A DNA stretch of 64,000 nucleotides from Candidatus Hydrogenedentota bacterium (GTDB lineage: Bacteria; Hydrogenedentota; Hydrogenedentia; Hydrogenedentales; SLHB01): contig CAXXYE010000002.1 in assembly GCA_963674865.2 (NCBI GenBank), forward strand, positions 128,001-192,000, given 5' to 3'. The position numbers were made by a program, and so were the translations under genes. The notes beneath the pieces are model-generated. The model ran no database searches and was not told where the DNA came from. It worked only from the letters and a program-made list of their open reading frames with translations. This document shows positions 30,780-40,984 of the stretch, in pieces; the first letter of the stretch is position 1; each line of letters starts with the position of its first letter.

Positions 30780-32201
30780 CTATGCTGGGGGTGCGAACGC
30801 TTGAAGATTCTTGATACGTGGTCTGGCTTTCTCCTCCAGCACGCGAAGTCGCACTGCTGCGAGCTCAACAGGCTTGATGCGTTCAATGTGTTTGTTCCCG
30901 ATGCTCTGGCCTTCCGCAAGCTCTTGCCAGTTGTCGTGGGCGGTGCGGCCTTCTAGCACATACCTACGGACGCGCTCTCCGTGGGCAATGTCCTCCTGGA
31001 TGACGACCTGGTCGATCTCGCGCGGCGTCTCAAACTCAAGGGCAACGACATCGCCCTCGCCCTGTGTCCATCCCGCCGATTTGCTGAAGCGTTTGCGCAG
31101 CGTCTTGCCGAAATCTGCCATGCGTTCCATATCGGGTTGTGGAACTAGCCCCTGATTATTGACCACCAGGCCAATTACGAGGTTGCAGTTGCGGCCCACG
31201 GAGGCGTCGTAGATGTTAAGAAGCTCCTCTACTGAGTATTGCGTGTTGTCGAAGCCCGGCCGCCAGGACCAGTCGTGCGCGCCTTGCCCGCGCAGCACAA
31301 TGTCCACCATAGCGGGCGACCAGACTGAGCCTTCCGGATCACCGTGATAAAGGTATTCCTTCCATACGTCGCTGTTGGGTGAAACGGGCCCGCGTTCAAG
31401 ACCAGGCATGGCCGCAAAGCAGGGGCAACCAGCGTGCCCTGCCTCGTTCCCGATCCAGCGATGATCCGACCGATCTGCCGAATGGTAAAAGACGCTGTTG
31501 GGTTGGTGTTTCTCGAAAATCGGTAGTACGTCCGGCCCACTTTGCGCGGGCGTCTTGACCCCCGCATCGAACCAGATCTGCACCAAGTCACCATACCTTG
31601 AACATAGTTCTTCAACCTGCTTCTCGGCGATTGCGTTGTAGGCCGCCTGCTTCGCCGTGCCGCGGCCCTTGCCCCAGTCGACATAGTGCCCCCAAACCGT
31701 CTGGTACGCGTTGCGATGCGTCGAGAGGTAGATACCGGGCAAGATGCCGACCTTGTGGCATGACTCGACAAAGTCGGCCACGATGTCCCCCTTGCCGTCG
31801 CGCCACGCAGCGTACTTGAGGCTGTATGGGTACAGATCGCTTTGCCACTGCATGAATCCATTGAAATGAGTGGCAGTGAAGACAGCGTACTTCGCGTCGC
31901 CCGCCTTCGCCGCCGCCAACCACTGGTCCGTGTCCAGCTTCTTTGGGTTATAGCACTTGGGAGCGTACGTCTGGCGTGTATGGTTGTTCGGCGTGAAATC
32001 GCCGGCGGCGACCGGCATGTCCAAGTGATAGATCACACCCATCTCACAGTCCTGCCAGCGCAATTGCGCGGCCGTAGGCGTAGTGACGCCTGACGTCTCG
32101 ACATTCGCGAGTACATGACGACTGCCCGACCCCAGAAGCGTCGTTCCAACACCAGCCGCTGCTACCTGCAGTATGCGCCGACGCGTCAGTTTTTCTTGCA
32201 T
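30780..32201 (-). CDS. Alpha-L-fucosidase (GH29) with Tat signal and C-terminal F5/8-like domain
   Basis: TRRRIL twin-arginine signal; Q..WQD.E.G..H, LDTDQW, FTATH..GF..W, WFDAG, RWIGNE.G, SVGRNCNL. Confidence 0.9.
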   Translation of the reverse strand: MQEKLTRRRILQVAAAGVGTTLLGSGSRHVLANVETSGVTTPTAAQLRWQDCEMGVIYHLDMPVAAGDFTPNNHTRQTYAPKCYNPKKLDTDQWLAAAKAGDAKYAVFTATHFNGFMQWQSDLYPYSLKYAAWRDGKGDIVADFVESCHKVGILPGIYLSTHRNAYQTVWGHYVDWGKGRGTAKQAAYNAIAEKQVEELCSRYGDLVQIWFDAGVKTPAQSGPDVLPIFEKHQPNSVFYHSADRSDHRWIGNEAGHAGCPCFAAMPGLERGPVSPNSDVWKEYLYHGDPEGSVWSPAMVDIVLRGQGAHDWSWRPGFDNTQYSVEELLNIYDASVGRNCNLVIGLVVNNQGLVPQPDMERMADFGKTLRKRFSKSAGWTQGEGDVVALEFETPREIDQVVIQEDIAHGERVRRYVLEGRTAHDNWQELAEGQSIGNKHIERIKPVELAAVRLRVLEEKARPRIKNLQAFAPPA

Positions 32202-32432
32202 GGCTATCTCTCCCTACGTTTATGTGTCGGCGTTACTCGCGGTAATCCCACTGATGTTCGCTGTTGTTGCGTGTTCTGCTGCCGTTTAACTTACAGCCGC
32301 CTTGGCGTCAACTTCAAAGATGACGAGATGCCCCCTGTGATCTACACAGGCGAGTGCTGCGATTAGGTGGCGCGAGAGAGCATTCAAGCTCTCCTAGCAC
32401 CTGCAGCCCCAAGCTGGCAAAGCGAAGTTCTT

Positions 32433-32580
32433 GTGGATTGGGAGCGGGGCAAGAGAGGATTCGAGCAATGGCCGAAGGCCACCCGATAAAAGGACTACCG
32501 CGTGATGCTGGACAAGCAGGGCAATGAAATTGACGCCGTTATCGTGGCGATACCGGACCACATGCACGCTTTTGGGGCGT
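32433..32580 (+). pseudogene. Internal fragment of a Gfo/Idh/MocA oxidoreductase
   Basis: VDWERGKRGFEQWPKATR*KDYRVMLDKQGNEIDAVIVAIPDHMHA with an in-frame TAA at 32487. Confidence 0.7.
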
Positions 32581-32670
32581 TGGCCTTCAAGGATGAAGAG
32601 GAATTCGCGACGGGGACACGGTGTTTTGTTAAGTTGTTGGGAGAGATCTTAACACAGGAGGCCTGCTACT

Positions 32671-33240
32671 ATGAGGAAACTGCGTTTGGCATCTCGGAGC
32701 ATTTCCTTTAAAGCTATGGCGCTGGTCCTCGTCCTGACGGGTGGGGCCCTGACTGGTTGTCCGTTGCCGCCGGAGACCGTAGCGTTCGTTGACTTGGAGC
32801 GCTACATGGGGCTGTGGTATCAGGTCGCTGGCTACTCCTTTTTTCCTACGCGGAATCTGGTTGGGGTGACGGCTGAGTATACTCTTCAGCAAGACGGAAT
32901 GGTGAGGGTGGTGAACCGCGGCTTCGATGGAGGCTTCGACGGACCGGAAGAGGTCATCGAGGGTACCGCGCGCGTCGTAGACCTGACAACAAATGCCAAA
33001 CTCGAAGTGATATTCCCTTCGATCCTGGCGGGGCTCTTGAAGGGCGAATACTGGATTATTGCCCTCGACGATGTCGCCTACAGCTACGCTGTCGTATCGG
33101 ACTCGCGGCGCGCCACGCTCTTTGTCCTCAGCCGCGCTCCCGTCATGGCGCCTGACGTGCTCGATGCCATCATCGAGGACCTCGTCGCACGCGGCTATAA
33201 ACGGAACCGTATCGTGTACTTCCCGCAGCTTGATCAGTAG
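32671..33240 (+). CDS. blc: Bacterial lipocalin (Blc-like lipoprotein)
   Basis: Lipobox ALTGC; VDLERYMGLWYQVA, VTAEYTL, YWIIALD..YSYAVV, LFVLSR.P. Confidence 0.9.
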   Translation: MRKLRLASRSISFKAMALVLVLTGGALTGCPLPPETVAFVDLERYMGLWYQVAGYSFFPTRNLVGVTAEYTLQQDGMVRVVNRGFDGGFDGPEEVIEGTARVVDLTTNAKLEVIFPSILAGLLKGEYWIIALDDVAYSYAVVSDSRRATLFVLSRAPVMAPDVLDAIIEDLVARGYKRNRIVYFPQLDQ

Positions 33241-33416
33241 AACTCAAATAGGTTTGATTCCGCGAATCTCAAGACGCGTTGGAAGAAGCTCGTTGTGTGT
33301 CCTAGATGTTCGATCCTGAAGGATTTATGAGTTGCTGATTCGCGTGAAGCAAAGACTGAGTCGTCGGGTGAGCTAAGACTGGGCATCCTCGGCATGATTC
33401 AACAACCGACGCCAGA

Positions 33417-34430
33417 ATGAGATCAGTCTCAGGAGAGATACCAGACGCTGCCTCCGACCTCATTGTGGGAGCTGGCCTTTCCGGGTTGTTGGCTGGTCGC
33501 CAACTCCATGATGCAGGGATCTCTGTCGCGATACTGGACAAAGGCCGAGGCGTTGGTGGGCGGTGTGCCACGAGGCGTTTTGCAGGCCGGAGATTCGACC
33601 ACGGAGCACAGTTCTTCACGGCACGCGCCACAGCTTTCATCAAGCTCGTACAGAAGTGGCGTGAAGCCAGTCTGGTAAGAGAGTGGAGTCATGGGTTCCA
33701 GGCAGGTGGTGACTCGCCTGGGAAAGGCGGCAATCCCCGTTACTGTGCCGTCAATGGCATGAATACCATTCCCAAAGCACTTGCCGCTGGTCTACCTATC
33801 TATACGAGAACGAGAGTCGTGGGAGCCGAGCGGACGAGCGAGGTGTGGCGGGTGCGCACCGAGCGCGGGACAACTGTCCAAGCGAAACGGTTGATACTGA
33901 CAGCACCGCTACCTCAATCCCTAGCCTTGCTGCCAAAGGACGTACGCGCCGAGTTGACCGAACGGCATCCGCGCATCCAAGAGGTCGTGTACGAGCCGTG
34001 TTTCGCGGTGTTGCTGTTGCTGGATGGTCCCTCGGCTTTGCCACAACCCGGAGGCATGCGACTCGATACCCCGGATATTGCATGGATCGCAGACAACACC
34101 ATGAAGGGACTTAACACGGGCGTCTCGGGACTGACAATCCACACGACGTGCCAGTTTGCGGAAGGCCGCCTCGAATCGCCCCACGATCAAATCGCAAACG
34201 AGATCATTGCTCAGTCTCGTCGTTGGCTCGAGCGCAAGGTTACGCGCCGACAGGTACACCGATGGCTGTACAGCAAGCCAGTGAGCTTCGTCGGAGAACC
34301 TTACGTGGCGCTGGGGAATCCACCACACCTATTGCTCTGTGGCGACTGCATGCTGCCACCGTCGCGCATCGAGGGAGCGGTTCTGTCTGGGATGGCGGCC
34401 GCGGAGGCCCTGCTCAAAGGCGGTGTTTGA
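33417..34430 (+). CDS. Renalase-like FAD/NAD-dependent oxidoreductase
   Basis: IVGAGLSGL, DKGRGVGGRCATRR, FDHGAQFFTAR, HRWLYSKP, CGD......IEGAVLSG. Confidence 0.9.
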   Translation: MRSVSGEIPDAASDLIVGAGLSGLLAGRQLHDAGISVAILDKGRGVGGRCATRRFAGRRFDHGAQFFTARATAFIKLVQKWREASLVREWSHGFQAGGDSPGKGGNPRYCAVNGMNTIPKALAAGLPIYTRTRVVGAERTSEVWRVRTERGTTVQAKRLILTAPLPQSLALLPKDVRAELTERHPRIQEVVYEPCFAVLLLLDGPSALPQPGGMRLDTPDIAWIADNTMKGLNTGVSGLTIHTTCQFAEGRLESPHDQIANEIIAQSRRWLERKVTRRQVHRWLYSKPVSFVGEPYVALGNPPHLLLCGDCMLPPSRIEGAVLSGMAAAEALLKGGV

Positions 34431-34602
34431 TGGACCAGATTCCCAGCCGCGAGACTCCGGTGGGCCATTGGAAAGGCTCAGTGGGCATTTTTGCTTGGTG
34501 TAAACCTGGTCGAGTGGCTTGCCTCACGTAGCGAAACAGTTATCCGAGCGGACCGTTCTTCGGGGACACTGCCGTTTGAATGATTGGAGGACTCATTGAT
34601 CG

Positions 34603-35373
34603 ATGGACATGATGCCGCAATGGCTTGAGACGCTTCTGGCAGCGCATCAAAACGCGCTATGGTTCATCACCGTGCTACTCGATCTAGGGATGACCCTGGT
34701 GCTGTTCCGAGTCTTTGGCAAGACAGGCCTATACGCTGTCGTGGTGTTGAACATCATGTTGTGCAACATTGTCGGCCCGAAGATCACAACCATATTTGGA
34801 CTCAACACCAGTATGGGAGCCATTATCTACTCCGGGATCTACTTCGCCACAGACCTTCTGGGGGAACGATATGGCAAGCGCGAGGCCAATCGCGCCGTCT
34901 TCGTGGGATTCGCTGTCAGTGTGTTAGTCGTGGTTTTTGGCATGATCAGTCTTGCATTCCTACCCTCACAGGATCAGCAGAAGCGGGAGTTTGCCGTAAG
35001 CATACACGGCGCCTTGTCGCTTCTTTTCAATTTTACGCCACGCTTTATCTTTGGGTCGCTGCTGGCTTACCTCATCAGCCAAACCCACGACGTGTGGCTC
35101 TTTCACCTCTTGAAGCGGAAGACGCGGGGCCGGCACCTCTGGCTGCGCAATAATGTATCGACGATCGCTTCGCAGGCGATCGACACCGCCGTGTACGGTC
35201 TAGTGGTGTGGGGGGCCATCTTTGACTTGCGCACCGCGGTCGAGCTTGCCCTGGCCAAGTATGTTTTCAAGGTAGTGATTGCTCTCCTCGATACACCCTT
35301 CATCTATTGGGCTCGGACCTGGGACGTGCGCGAGCGCGACTGGAACGAGGGCCCTGGAATCGCCGAAAGCTGA
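34603..35373 (+). CDS. Queuosine precursor transporter (YhhQ/VUT family)
   Basis: TDLLGERYG, PR...GSLLAYLISQ..DV, LWLRNN.ST..SQ.IDT, K..IALLDTPFIY. Confidence 0.92.
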   Translation: MDMMPQWLETLLAAHQNALWFITVLLDLGMTLVLFRVFGKTGLYAVVVLNIMLCNIVGPKITTIFGLNTSMGAIIYSGIYFATDLLGERYGKREANRAVFVGFAVSVLVVVFGMISLAFLPSQDQQKREFAVSIHGALSLLFNFTPRFIFGSLLAYLISQTHDVWLFHLLKRKTRGRHLWLRNNVSTIASQAIDTAVYGLVVWGAIFDLRTAVELALAKYVFKVVIALLDTPFIYWARTWDVRERDWNEGPGIAES

Positions 35374-35539
35374 CCTGAATTGAAGCCTACGTTCGCCGCA
35401 TCTGGTTGCTCCCTGCGGCTCACTATGTTGAAGCATCAAGAACTACAACAAGAAGTGAGTCAAGGCTACACGCAGACCGGCGTTCTCATCGCAGTTGCAG
35501 CAAGGGGCCAGCGCGTTGTAGGAGGGGCAAGTCAAGTCA

Positions 35540-35568
35540 TTGACGGTATTGGCACACAGCATTATAGT
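35540..35568 (+). promoter_or_regulatory. Sigma70-type promoter
   Basis: TTGACG-17 bp-TATAGT upstream of the 35647 gene. Confidence 0.6.
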
Positions 35569-35646
35569 GTCAGGAACTGAGTTTACGATAGTGGCAGGCG
35601 TTTCGGCATGGGAAATCTCGGCCAAGGTCCGAAAGATTATTCGCTT

Positions 35647-36612
35647 ATGCGATTGCTTCGCTTCGTGCTAACTATTAGCTGCCTGTTGACATTAAATGCG
35701 GCGTTCGCGCAAGCCGATCTCGGCACGCTATTCGCTCCACGCCCGAAGGACCTGGAAACCGAGCTGCAACTCAACCTCCGAGTCTTCGGCACCGGTGAAA
35801 TCTCAGACACGAGCGATTCACTTGGCCTCGATGAATACGAGCTGCGTTTTCGTGTCCCCGTCCATGAGGATGAACGGCAGACCCTCTCGGCCGGGGTGGC
35901 CGTGTATGGCCTTCACCTCGACATGGACGGCTTGCTCGCCCCCGGAATCGGTCTTCCCAGCGACCTTTACGACGTGTCCGCCTCTTTGGCGTACCGTCGG
36001 GAACTCGACCGCGGCTGGACTCTTGGCTGCAATCTGCAATTCGGTTCCGCGTCGGCCAAAGTGTTCGATAGCAGCGACGGACTCTACCTGCGCGCCACGG
36101 GACTCTTGCGCATTCCCAACGAGCGAAATGCATGGCTCGTGCTTCTCCATGCGGACACACGGTTCGAGTGGCCCGTCTTCCCCGGCTTCGGCTATCAGTG
36201 GCGTTTCGAACGTGGCCATTATCTAGCGCTCGGGCTGCCCTTCTTGGCCACTGGTGTATCCCTGACCGAGCGGCTGCACTTCGAAGCGGCGTACTTCCCT
36301 ATCAACAACGTACGCGCCGCCCTACGCTACAAGATGACCGACAGTACCACGCCCTACCTCGCCTTCAGCTGGAACTCCCACTACTTCAAACGTGCCGATC
36401 ACGACGCCGACGAACACCTTGAATTCGAGGACAAGCGCATCGCCGCAGGTGTTGCCTTCAACCTTGGCAAGCACGCCAGGCTTGATTTCGAGGCCGGCTA
36501 CGCGTTTGACCGGTCGCTTGATGAGTACGAAGATTGGGATCATCGTGACAAGGACAAGATTGACCTCGAGGATGCTGGTTTCTTGGGCGCCTCATTCCGC
36601 TCGCGTTTCTAA
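35647..36612 (+). CDS. Outer-membrane beta-barrel protein (DUF6268-like)
   Basis: Signal peptide ending AFA-Q; amphipathic beta strands; terminal Phe (SFRSRF). Confidence 0.75.
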   Translation: MRLLRFVLTISCLLTLNAAFAQADLGTLFAPRPKDLETELQLNLRVFGTGEISDTSDSLGLDEYELRFRVPVHEDERQTLSAGVAVYGLHLDMDGLLAPGIGLPSDLYDVSASLAYRRELDRGWTLGCNLQFGSASAKVFDSSDGLYLRATGLLRIPNERNAWLVLLHADTRFEWPVFPGFGYQWRFERGHYLALGLPFLATGVSLTERLHFEAAYFPINNVRAALRYKMTDSTTPYLAFSWNSHYFKRADHDADEHLEFEDKRIAAGVAFNLGKHARLDFEAGYAFDRSLDEYEDWDHRDKDKIDLEDAGFLGASFRSRF

Positions 36613-36682
36613 GCGGGTTGGCGTGGGTGCCGCCGGTCGGAAAGTGCCCTTAGCGCTGCCCAACAGGTGTGTTTATCTGATT

Positions 36683-37702
36683 CTACGGGTCTGCAAGGGG
36701 TGCCTGTTCGCCAACGATCTTCGCCAAAGGGCCGACCAGTTCGAGACAGGCGTGCCGGCCTGCGCCCTCGAAGATTAGGCCGCCACTCCGGGCGTCCTCC
36801 AGTCGAACCGACACGGTGGATGTCATAGTCTCAGCCACGCGCTTGAGCATTACCCGGTCGTAGGGCGCATGAAGAAGCGCACCGCCCATTTTCTGGGCCT
36901 CGATGGCGAGTCGGTGGGTGCGATTGTGGAGCACCAAGTGCAGGTGTCTATCGGTGATGAGCAGGTCGTCGATAGCGCTATTGTTGTAGGTGGTGAACTG
37001 GTGGAGCGTGCCATCGAGGAGGAGCCCTGCAAGGAAGCCGCGAAACGACCCCGTCAGCCAAGGAATGGTGGCGACCGACGCCGTAACGCAAACGCCGGGG
37101 CGACCGAAGTGATTACTCTGAACCCAAGTGTAGGCTTCGGGGAACCCTTTGCCCCAATCCTTCTCGACGTAGCCACGCCCGCCGTCGAAATCGACGAGGA
37201 CACCGTCAACTTCCACTTGGCCTTTCAGGCCGTGGTCCAGCCCGAGTATGCCGTGGTAGCACTGCATGAAAGGTGCGAACGCGTAGGGGCCCATGGCTCC
37301 GGGCCGCGTCATGGTCACGGGCCATGGGAGCCACGGCTCGAATTGGACCTCCCCGCTCACTTGGGACAGTGGCTTAGAGCCCTCGGCCTGGAGGTCGAGG
37401 GTCATGTCCGTAGTCCTGAAGCGATTGGACCCTATGCGTATATCCAAACGGTCCGGCGCGGCCCTGAACTTTTCTAAGTCGAATCGATGATAGTGGGACG
37501 ACGCGGCATTGCCATCAAGCACCTGAATGAATGCATGACGATCCCGGCCGAGGAATACACCGGGTATTACCGCCATTGGCCTTTTCCCCATTGGGTCGAC
37601 GATTTTGAAGTACCATCCTTCGAAGACGTCCGCCGGACGCTCTAGCCGATGGGCAAAGTGGAAGCAGGCCGGTCGCCACGTATTTCGTAGTCGGTTAAAC
37701 AT
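36683..37702 (-). CDS. Tocopherol cyclase family protein
   Basis: FEGWYFK, GAMGPY...PFMQCYHG, GRGYVEKDWG.GFPEAY.W.QSNHF. Confidence 0.88.
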   Translation of the reverse strand: MFNRLRNTWRPACFHFAHRLERPADVFEGWYFKIVDPMGKRPMAVIPGVFLGRDRHAFIQVLDGNAASSHYHRFDLEKFRAAPDRLDIRIGSNRFRTTDMTLDLQAEGSKPLSQVSGEVQFEPWLPWPVTMTRPGAMGPYAFAPFMQCYHGILGLDHGLKGQVEVDGVLVDFDGGRGYVEKDWGKGFPEAYTWVQSNHFGRPGVCVTASVATIPWLTGSFRGFLAGLLLDGTLHQFTTYNNSAIDDLLITDRHLHLVLHNRTHRLAIEAQKMGGALLHAPYDRVMLKRVAETMTSTVSVRLEDARSGGLIFEGAGRHACLELVGPLAKIVGEQAPLADP

Positions 37703-37800
37703 GATGGAGAGTCTAACGACTTTGGGGGTTGCCGCGCCACGCGGCAAGGGATCTTGCGATGACCACCAGCGCACAGCTATTGTAGTCGCGTCGTTAGTGG

Positions 37801-38670
37801 TTGCGCATTAAGCGATTAAGGATCTCTTCCATCTTCAAGAGACAGCGAGCGAAAAGACATCCATCACGGCATGGAACCTGCGTGCTTGCGCTCTTTTGCT
37901 GCGTCTTCTCGGCCTACGCGGCTCAAGTCAAGACCGACAAGGCCAAGGGCAAGGCCCCTTCACAAATCAAACGGCATGAGACTGAGGCAGAGAAGAAGAA
38001 GCGTTGGTATGTTCGATTCGAAGGGCTAAACATCTACCCCGAACTGGAGGACGAGAAGCTGCTGGAGGGGCCGATAAACGCCGCGTTCCGAGTGCTTACG
38101 CCCAAACACGAGGGGTTCGAAACCTTCAGTCAGCAGCGTGACCGCGCAGGCCTATGGGCACCTCAGATCGGGATTGGGCGCGACCTGGGTGCCCACCTAT
38201 CTCTTTTCACGGCGGTGGGTTATTCCTCAGATATTCTCCGTACAAATCAGTGTCACCCGACGCTACTGCTGTTCCCTATGCGATCCAGCCTGGAGATGCG
38301 GCGCGGCGGAACCTATGTCGTGCTTGGGGCCGACTACTACCCTTTCGGCCTTCCAGACCAGCGACGCTACCATGGGCTCGTCGAGCGGCTGCGAGAAGCC
38401 AAGCCCCTGGCGGGCATACGCGTCTCGTACAACCGAACCGTGTTCGACGCCAACATGAACCTTGGTGGTCCGCCGCTCAACCGTTTATTGCACTTACGGA
38501 TTGACAAGGCCTGGGGCATCTTCAACTTCTATCCCATCCTGGGCGCGGAGATGCCCATCACGCGGGATACTGCCATCAGCCTCGGTGCCACCTACGACTA
38601 TCCGAGCCAGCAGAAAAGAAACCTCCGCGGTCCTGGCGTCTACATCGCGTTGAAGTGTTACTTTCGCTAG
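37801..38670 (+). CDS. Secreted or outer-membrane hypothetical protein (small beta-barrel-like)
   Basis: Hydrophobic signal-like stretch VLALFCCVFSAYA; beta-strand pattern ending VYIALKCYFR; start uncertain. Confidence 0.55.
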   Translation: MRIKRLRISSIFKRQRAKRHPSRHGTCVLALFCCVFSAYAAQVKTDKAKGKAPSQIKRHETEAEKKKRWYVRFEGLNIYPELEDEKLLEGPINAAFRVLTPKHEGFETFSQQRDRAGLWAPQIGIGRDLGAHLSLFTAVGYSSDILRTNQCHPTLLLFPMRSSLEMRRGGTYVVLGADYYPFGLPDQRRYHGLVERLREAKPLAGIRVSYNRTVFDANMNLGGPPLNRLLHLRIDKAWGIFNFYPILGAEMPITRDTAISLGATYDYPSQQKRNLRGPGVYIALKCYFR

Positions 38671-39080
38671 TATCTGACCAATGGCGAAGCGGAAACACAT
38701 CGACCGGCTTCTAGCCGGCATTTTGCTTTACACTCGGGCGATGTCGAAAGCCAATAATATTTGTAGTTCCGGAGTATGTTCCTTTTGGTTCTCCGACCGA
38801 TGACAGCTAAGTACACGACTCTTCCCGTGGTCCTATTGGAGCAAGAAGAACTCTGGGCGCAGTTCTCCTGCTGTCTGTTTGGGCGACTTTCAGCACTAGA
38901 GCAGCGATCGCCCCGAATGACACGTCTAAGTCGGATTGACCCGAACGAGTTGAAATGCCCCAAGCACTGCAATACCTTCCAATGCCAACTGTTCGCCAAC
39001 ATGGAGTTTGTCCGGGCAAAGCGGCCTTCAAGGGGAAAGCTCGGATTGTCTGGGACGCCGTCACAAGGAGGGCCTGTCTT

Positions 39081-40688
39081 TTGAAAGCGATCTTCTGCCT
39101 TATTCTTGTTTTGTCTCTCTGTGCTGACACCGGGGCGTCTCACGCGGCTCCGGCAAACCGGCCAGAACGTCTTGATTGGTTCCAGGATTTGGGACTCGGC
39201 ATGTTCATCCATTGGAGCATGGATGGGCAGCTCGGCGTTGTTATAAGCCACTCGATGGCTGGGGCCAGTGACGATTACCTGAAGCGGTACGTGGAGGAGT
39301 TGCCGCAGACGTTCTATCCCGGGAAGTTCGATCCGAAGGCCTGGGCCAGGCTTGCCCGGGTAGTGGGTATGAAATACGTGATGTTTACGGCCAAGCACCA
39401 CTCCGGTTTCTGCATGTTCGATACCGCCACCACTGATTTCAGCATCATGCACACGCCGTTTAAGCGGGACATCGTCGCTGAAGTGGTGAACGCCTTCCGG
39501 AAAGAGGGGCTCGCCATTGGGTTGTACTTCTCCGCAGACGATTTCTATTGGCTGTACAAGAACAGTAAGTTGATCGACCGCCGTGCGGAACTGATGCCTC
39601 CCGCCCAGCCGGAACTGATGGGCTACGCCAGAGCCCAACTCAAAGAGCTGTTGAGCAATTACGGCCGCATAGACCTGATGTTCTTCGACGGTCATTCACA
39701 GGGACTGACCGATTTCGTCTGGGATCTTGTTCCGGATATGGTGATTACCGCAGGCGGCATGAGGGTCACCGAGCAGCATATTGCCGGCACACCCTCCGCC
39801 GAACCGTTCGAAGCCTGTTTTACGATGGGCCAGGAATGGAATTACCGTCCCACAAACGACCGCTATAAGAGCGGTACGCAGATGATCGAAATGCTGATCG
39901 AAACGCGGGCAAAGGGCGGCGTACTTCTCCTGAACGTAGGGCCGACTCCGGATGGGGAGATTCCTATCGAGCAGGAGAGCCGCCTTCGAGAGCTGGCGTT
40001 GTGGACCTTTGTCAATGGAGAAGCGATTTACGCGGTGCGGCCATGGATCGTGACCAACGAGGGTAGCTACTGGTTCACCAAGAAGAAGGATGCGAACACG
40101 ATTTACGTGTCCGTATGTGAGCCCTGGAAGTTTACAGAACGGAAGACGCTGCGGTTGGGATCGGTGCGGGCCACGGCAGATACCGAGGTCAGTGTGCTGG
40201 GGCAAAGTGACCAGTTGATCGAATACCGTCCCACGGAAAACGCCAAAACGACGTGGACTCAGGAAACCGACGGCCTGCATATCAGCGCGGCGCGCGCCCA
40301 GCGGTTGTACACCCGCGGCGTTTGGCCCAATCCTGTTGTCTTGAAGGTCACCAACGCAGAACCTGCGCTCAGCCCACCGAAAGTGGCTACGACCGACTGG
40401 GAATGGGATTCGGCAACGGAAACCGCCGTGTTTGAAGGTGAGTTGGTGGACCTGGCCGGAGCGAAATCGCTCAAGGTCTGGCTCGAATACCGTTCGCTTA
40501 AAGGGCAGGACACCAACGAAAGAACACTGCCGTGGATGGCCACGGCACCGGAACCACGCACGGCCCCTGGCGCCTTCTCGGCATCGGTTAAAGAACTGGA
40601 GCCGGGTGAGACCTATGAGTTTCGCGCGGTGGTGCAACACCCGTTGTTGGCGCTCTACGGCGAGGAAAAGAAGGCCGTCTTGAAGTAA
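39081..40688 (+). CDS. Alpha-L-fucosidase (GH29), Sec signal
   Basis: WFQD..LGMFIHW, FDP..WA.....GMKY..FTAKHHSGFCMFD, FFDG, LLLNVGPTPDG, NGEAIY..RPW; TTG start after AAGGAGG. Confidence 0.92.
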   Translation: MKAIFCLILVLSLCADTGASHAAPANRPERLDWFQDLGLGMFIHWSMDGQLGVVISHSMAGASDDYLKRYVEELPQTFYPGKFDPKAWARLARVVGMKYVMFTAKHHSGFCMFDTATTDFSIMHTPFKRDIVAEVVNAFRKEGLAIGLYFSADDFYWLYKNSKLIDRRAELMPPAQPELMGYARAQLKELLSNYGRIDLMFFDGHSQGLTDFVWDLVPDMVITAGGMRVTEQHIAGTPSAEPFEACFTMGQEWNYRPTNDRYKSGTQMIEMLIETRAKGGVLLLNVGPTPDGEIPIEQESRLRELALWTFVNGEAIYAVRPWIVTNEGSYWFTKKKDANTIYVSVCEPWKFTERKTLRLGSVRATADTEVSVLGQSDQLIEYRPTENAKTTWTQETDGLHISAARAQRLYTRGVWPNPVVLKVTNAEPALSPPKVATTDWEWDSATETAVFEGELVDLAGAKSLKVWLEYRSLKGQDTNERTLPWMATAPEPRTAPGAFSASVKELEPGETYEFRAVVQHPLLALYGEEKKAVLK

Positions 40689-40830
40689 CGATGCTTCCTC
40701 GCGAATTCACCATATCCATCGCGTAGATGTGAAGACGCCGGTCGAGAAATGAAGCGATTGGCGTGGCCGGCCGAGCGTCCTTCGCCGTGGGCTACGACGT
40801 TCCCGCACGGAACGGCGTGGAAGAACGCTA

Positions 40831-40970
40831 GGTGTCAAAACGACATACATCGAGCCGGGCAGCCCTAGGATAAGGGATACAACGAATCCTTCAACGTGAA
40901 AATATCGTTGGGCCTTCCCGCGCAACAAGTGCACCGCAGCTCAATAGGGGCTCTGTTAGGGCGAGGTCAT
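40831..40970 (+). pseudogene. IS3-family transposase relic
   Basis: Frameshifted GVKTTYIEPGSP / GYNESFN integrase-core motif, followed by a possible end ...GGGCGAGGTCA. Confidence 0.55.
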
Positions 40971-40984
40971 CTTCGTAGCCAACA

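Noticed and set aside
23200..33416. Shared CarH/LitR-type operator upstream of the light-stress genes
   Set aside because: Only weak AT-rich similarity; no convincing repeated motif.
34430..34602. preQ1 riboswitch upstream of the queuosine precursor transporter
   Set aside because: No recognisable preQ1-I stem and A-rich tail by eye; an Rfam covariance search would be needed.
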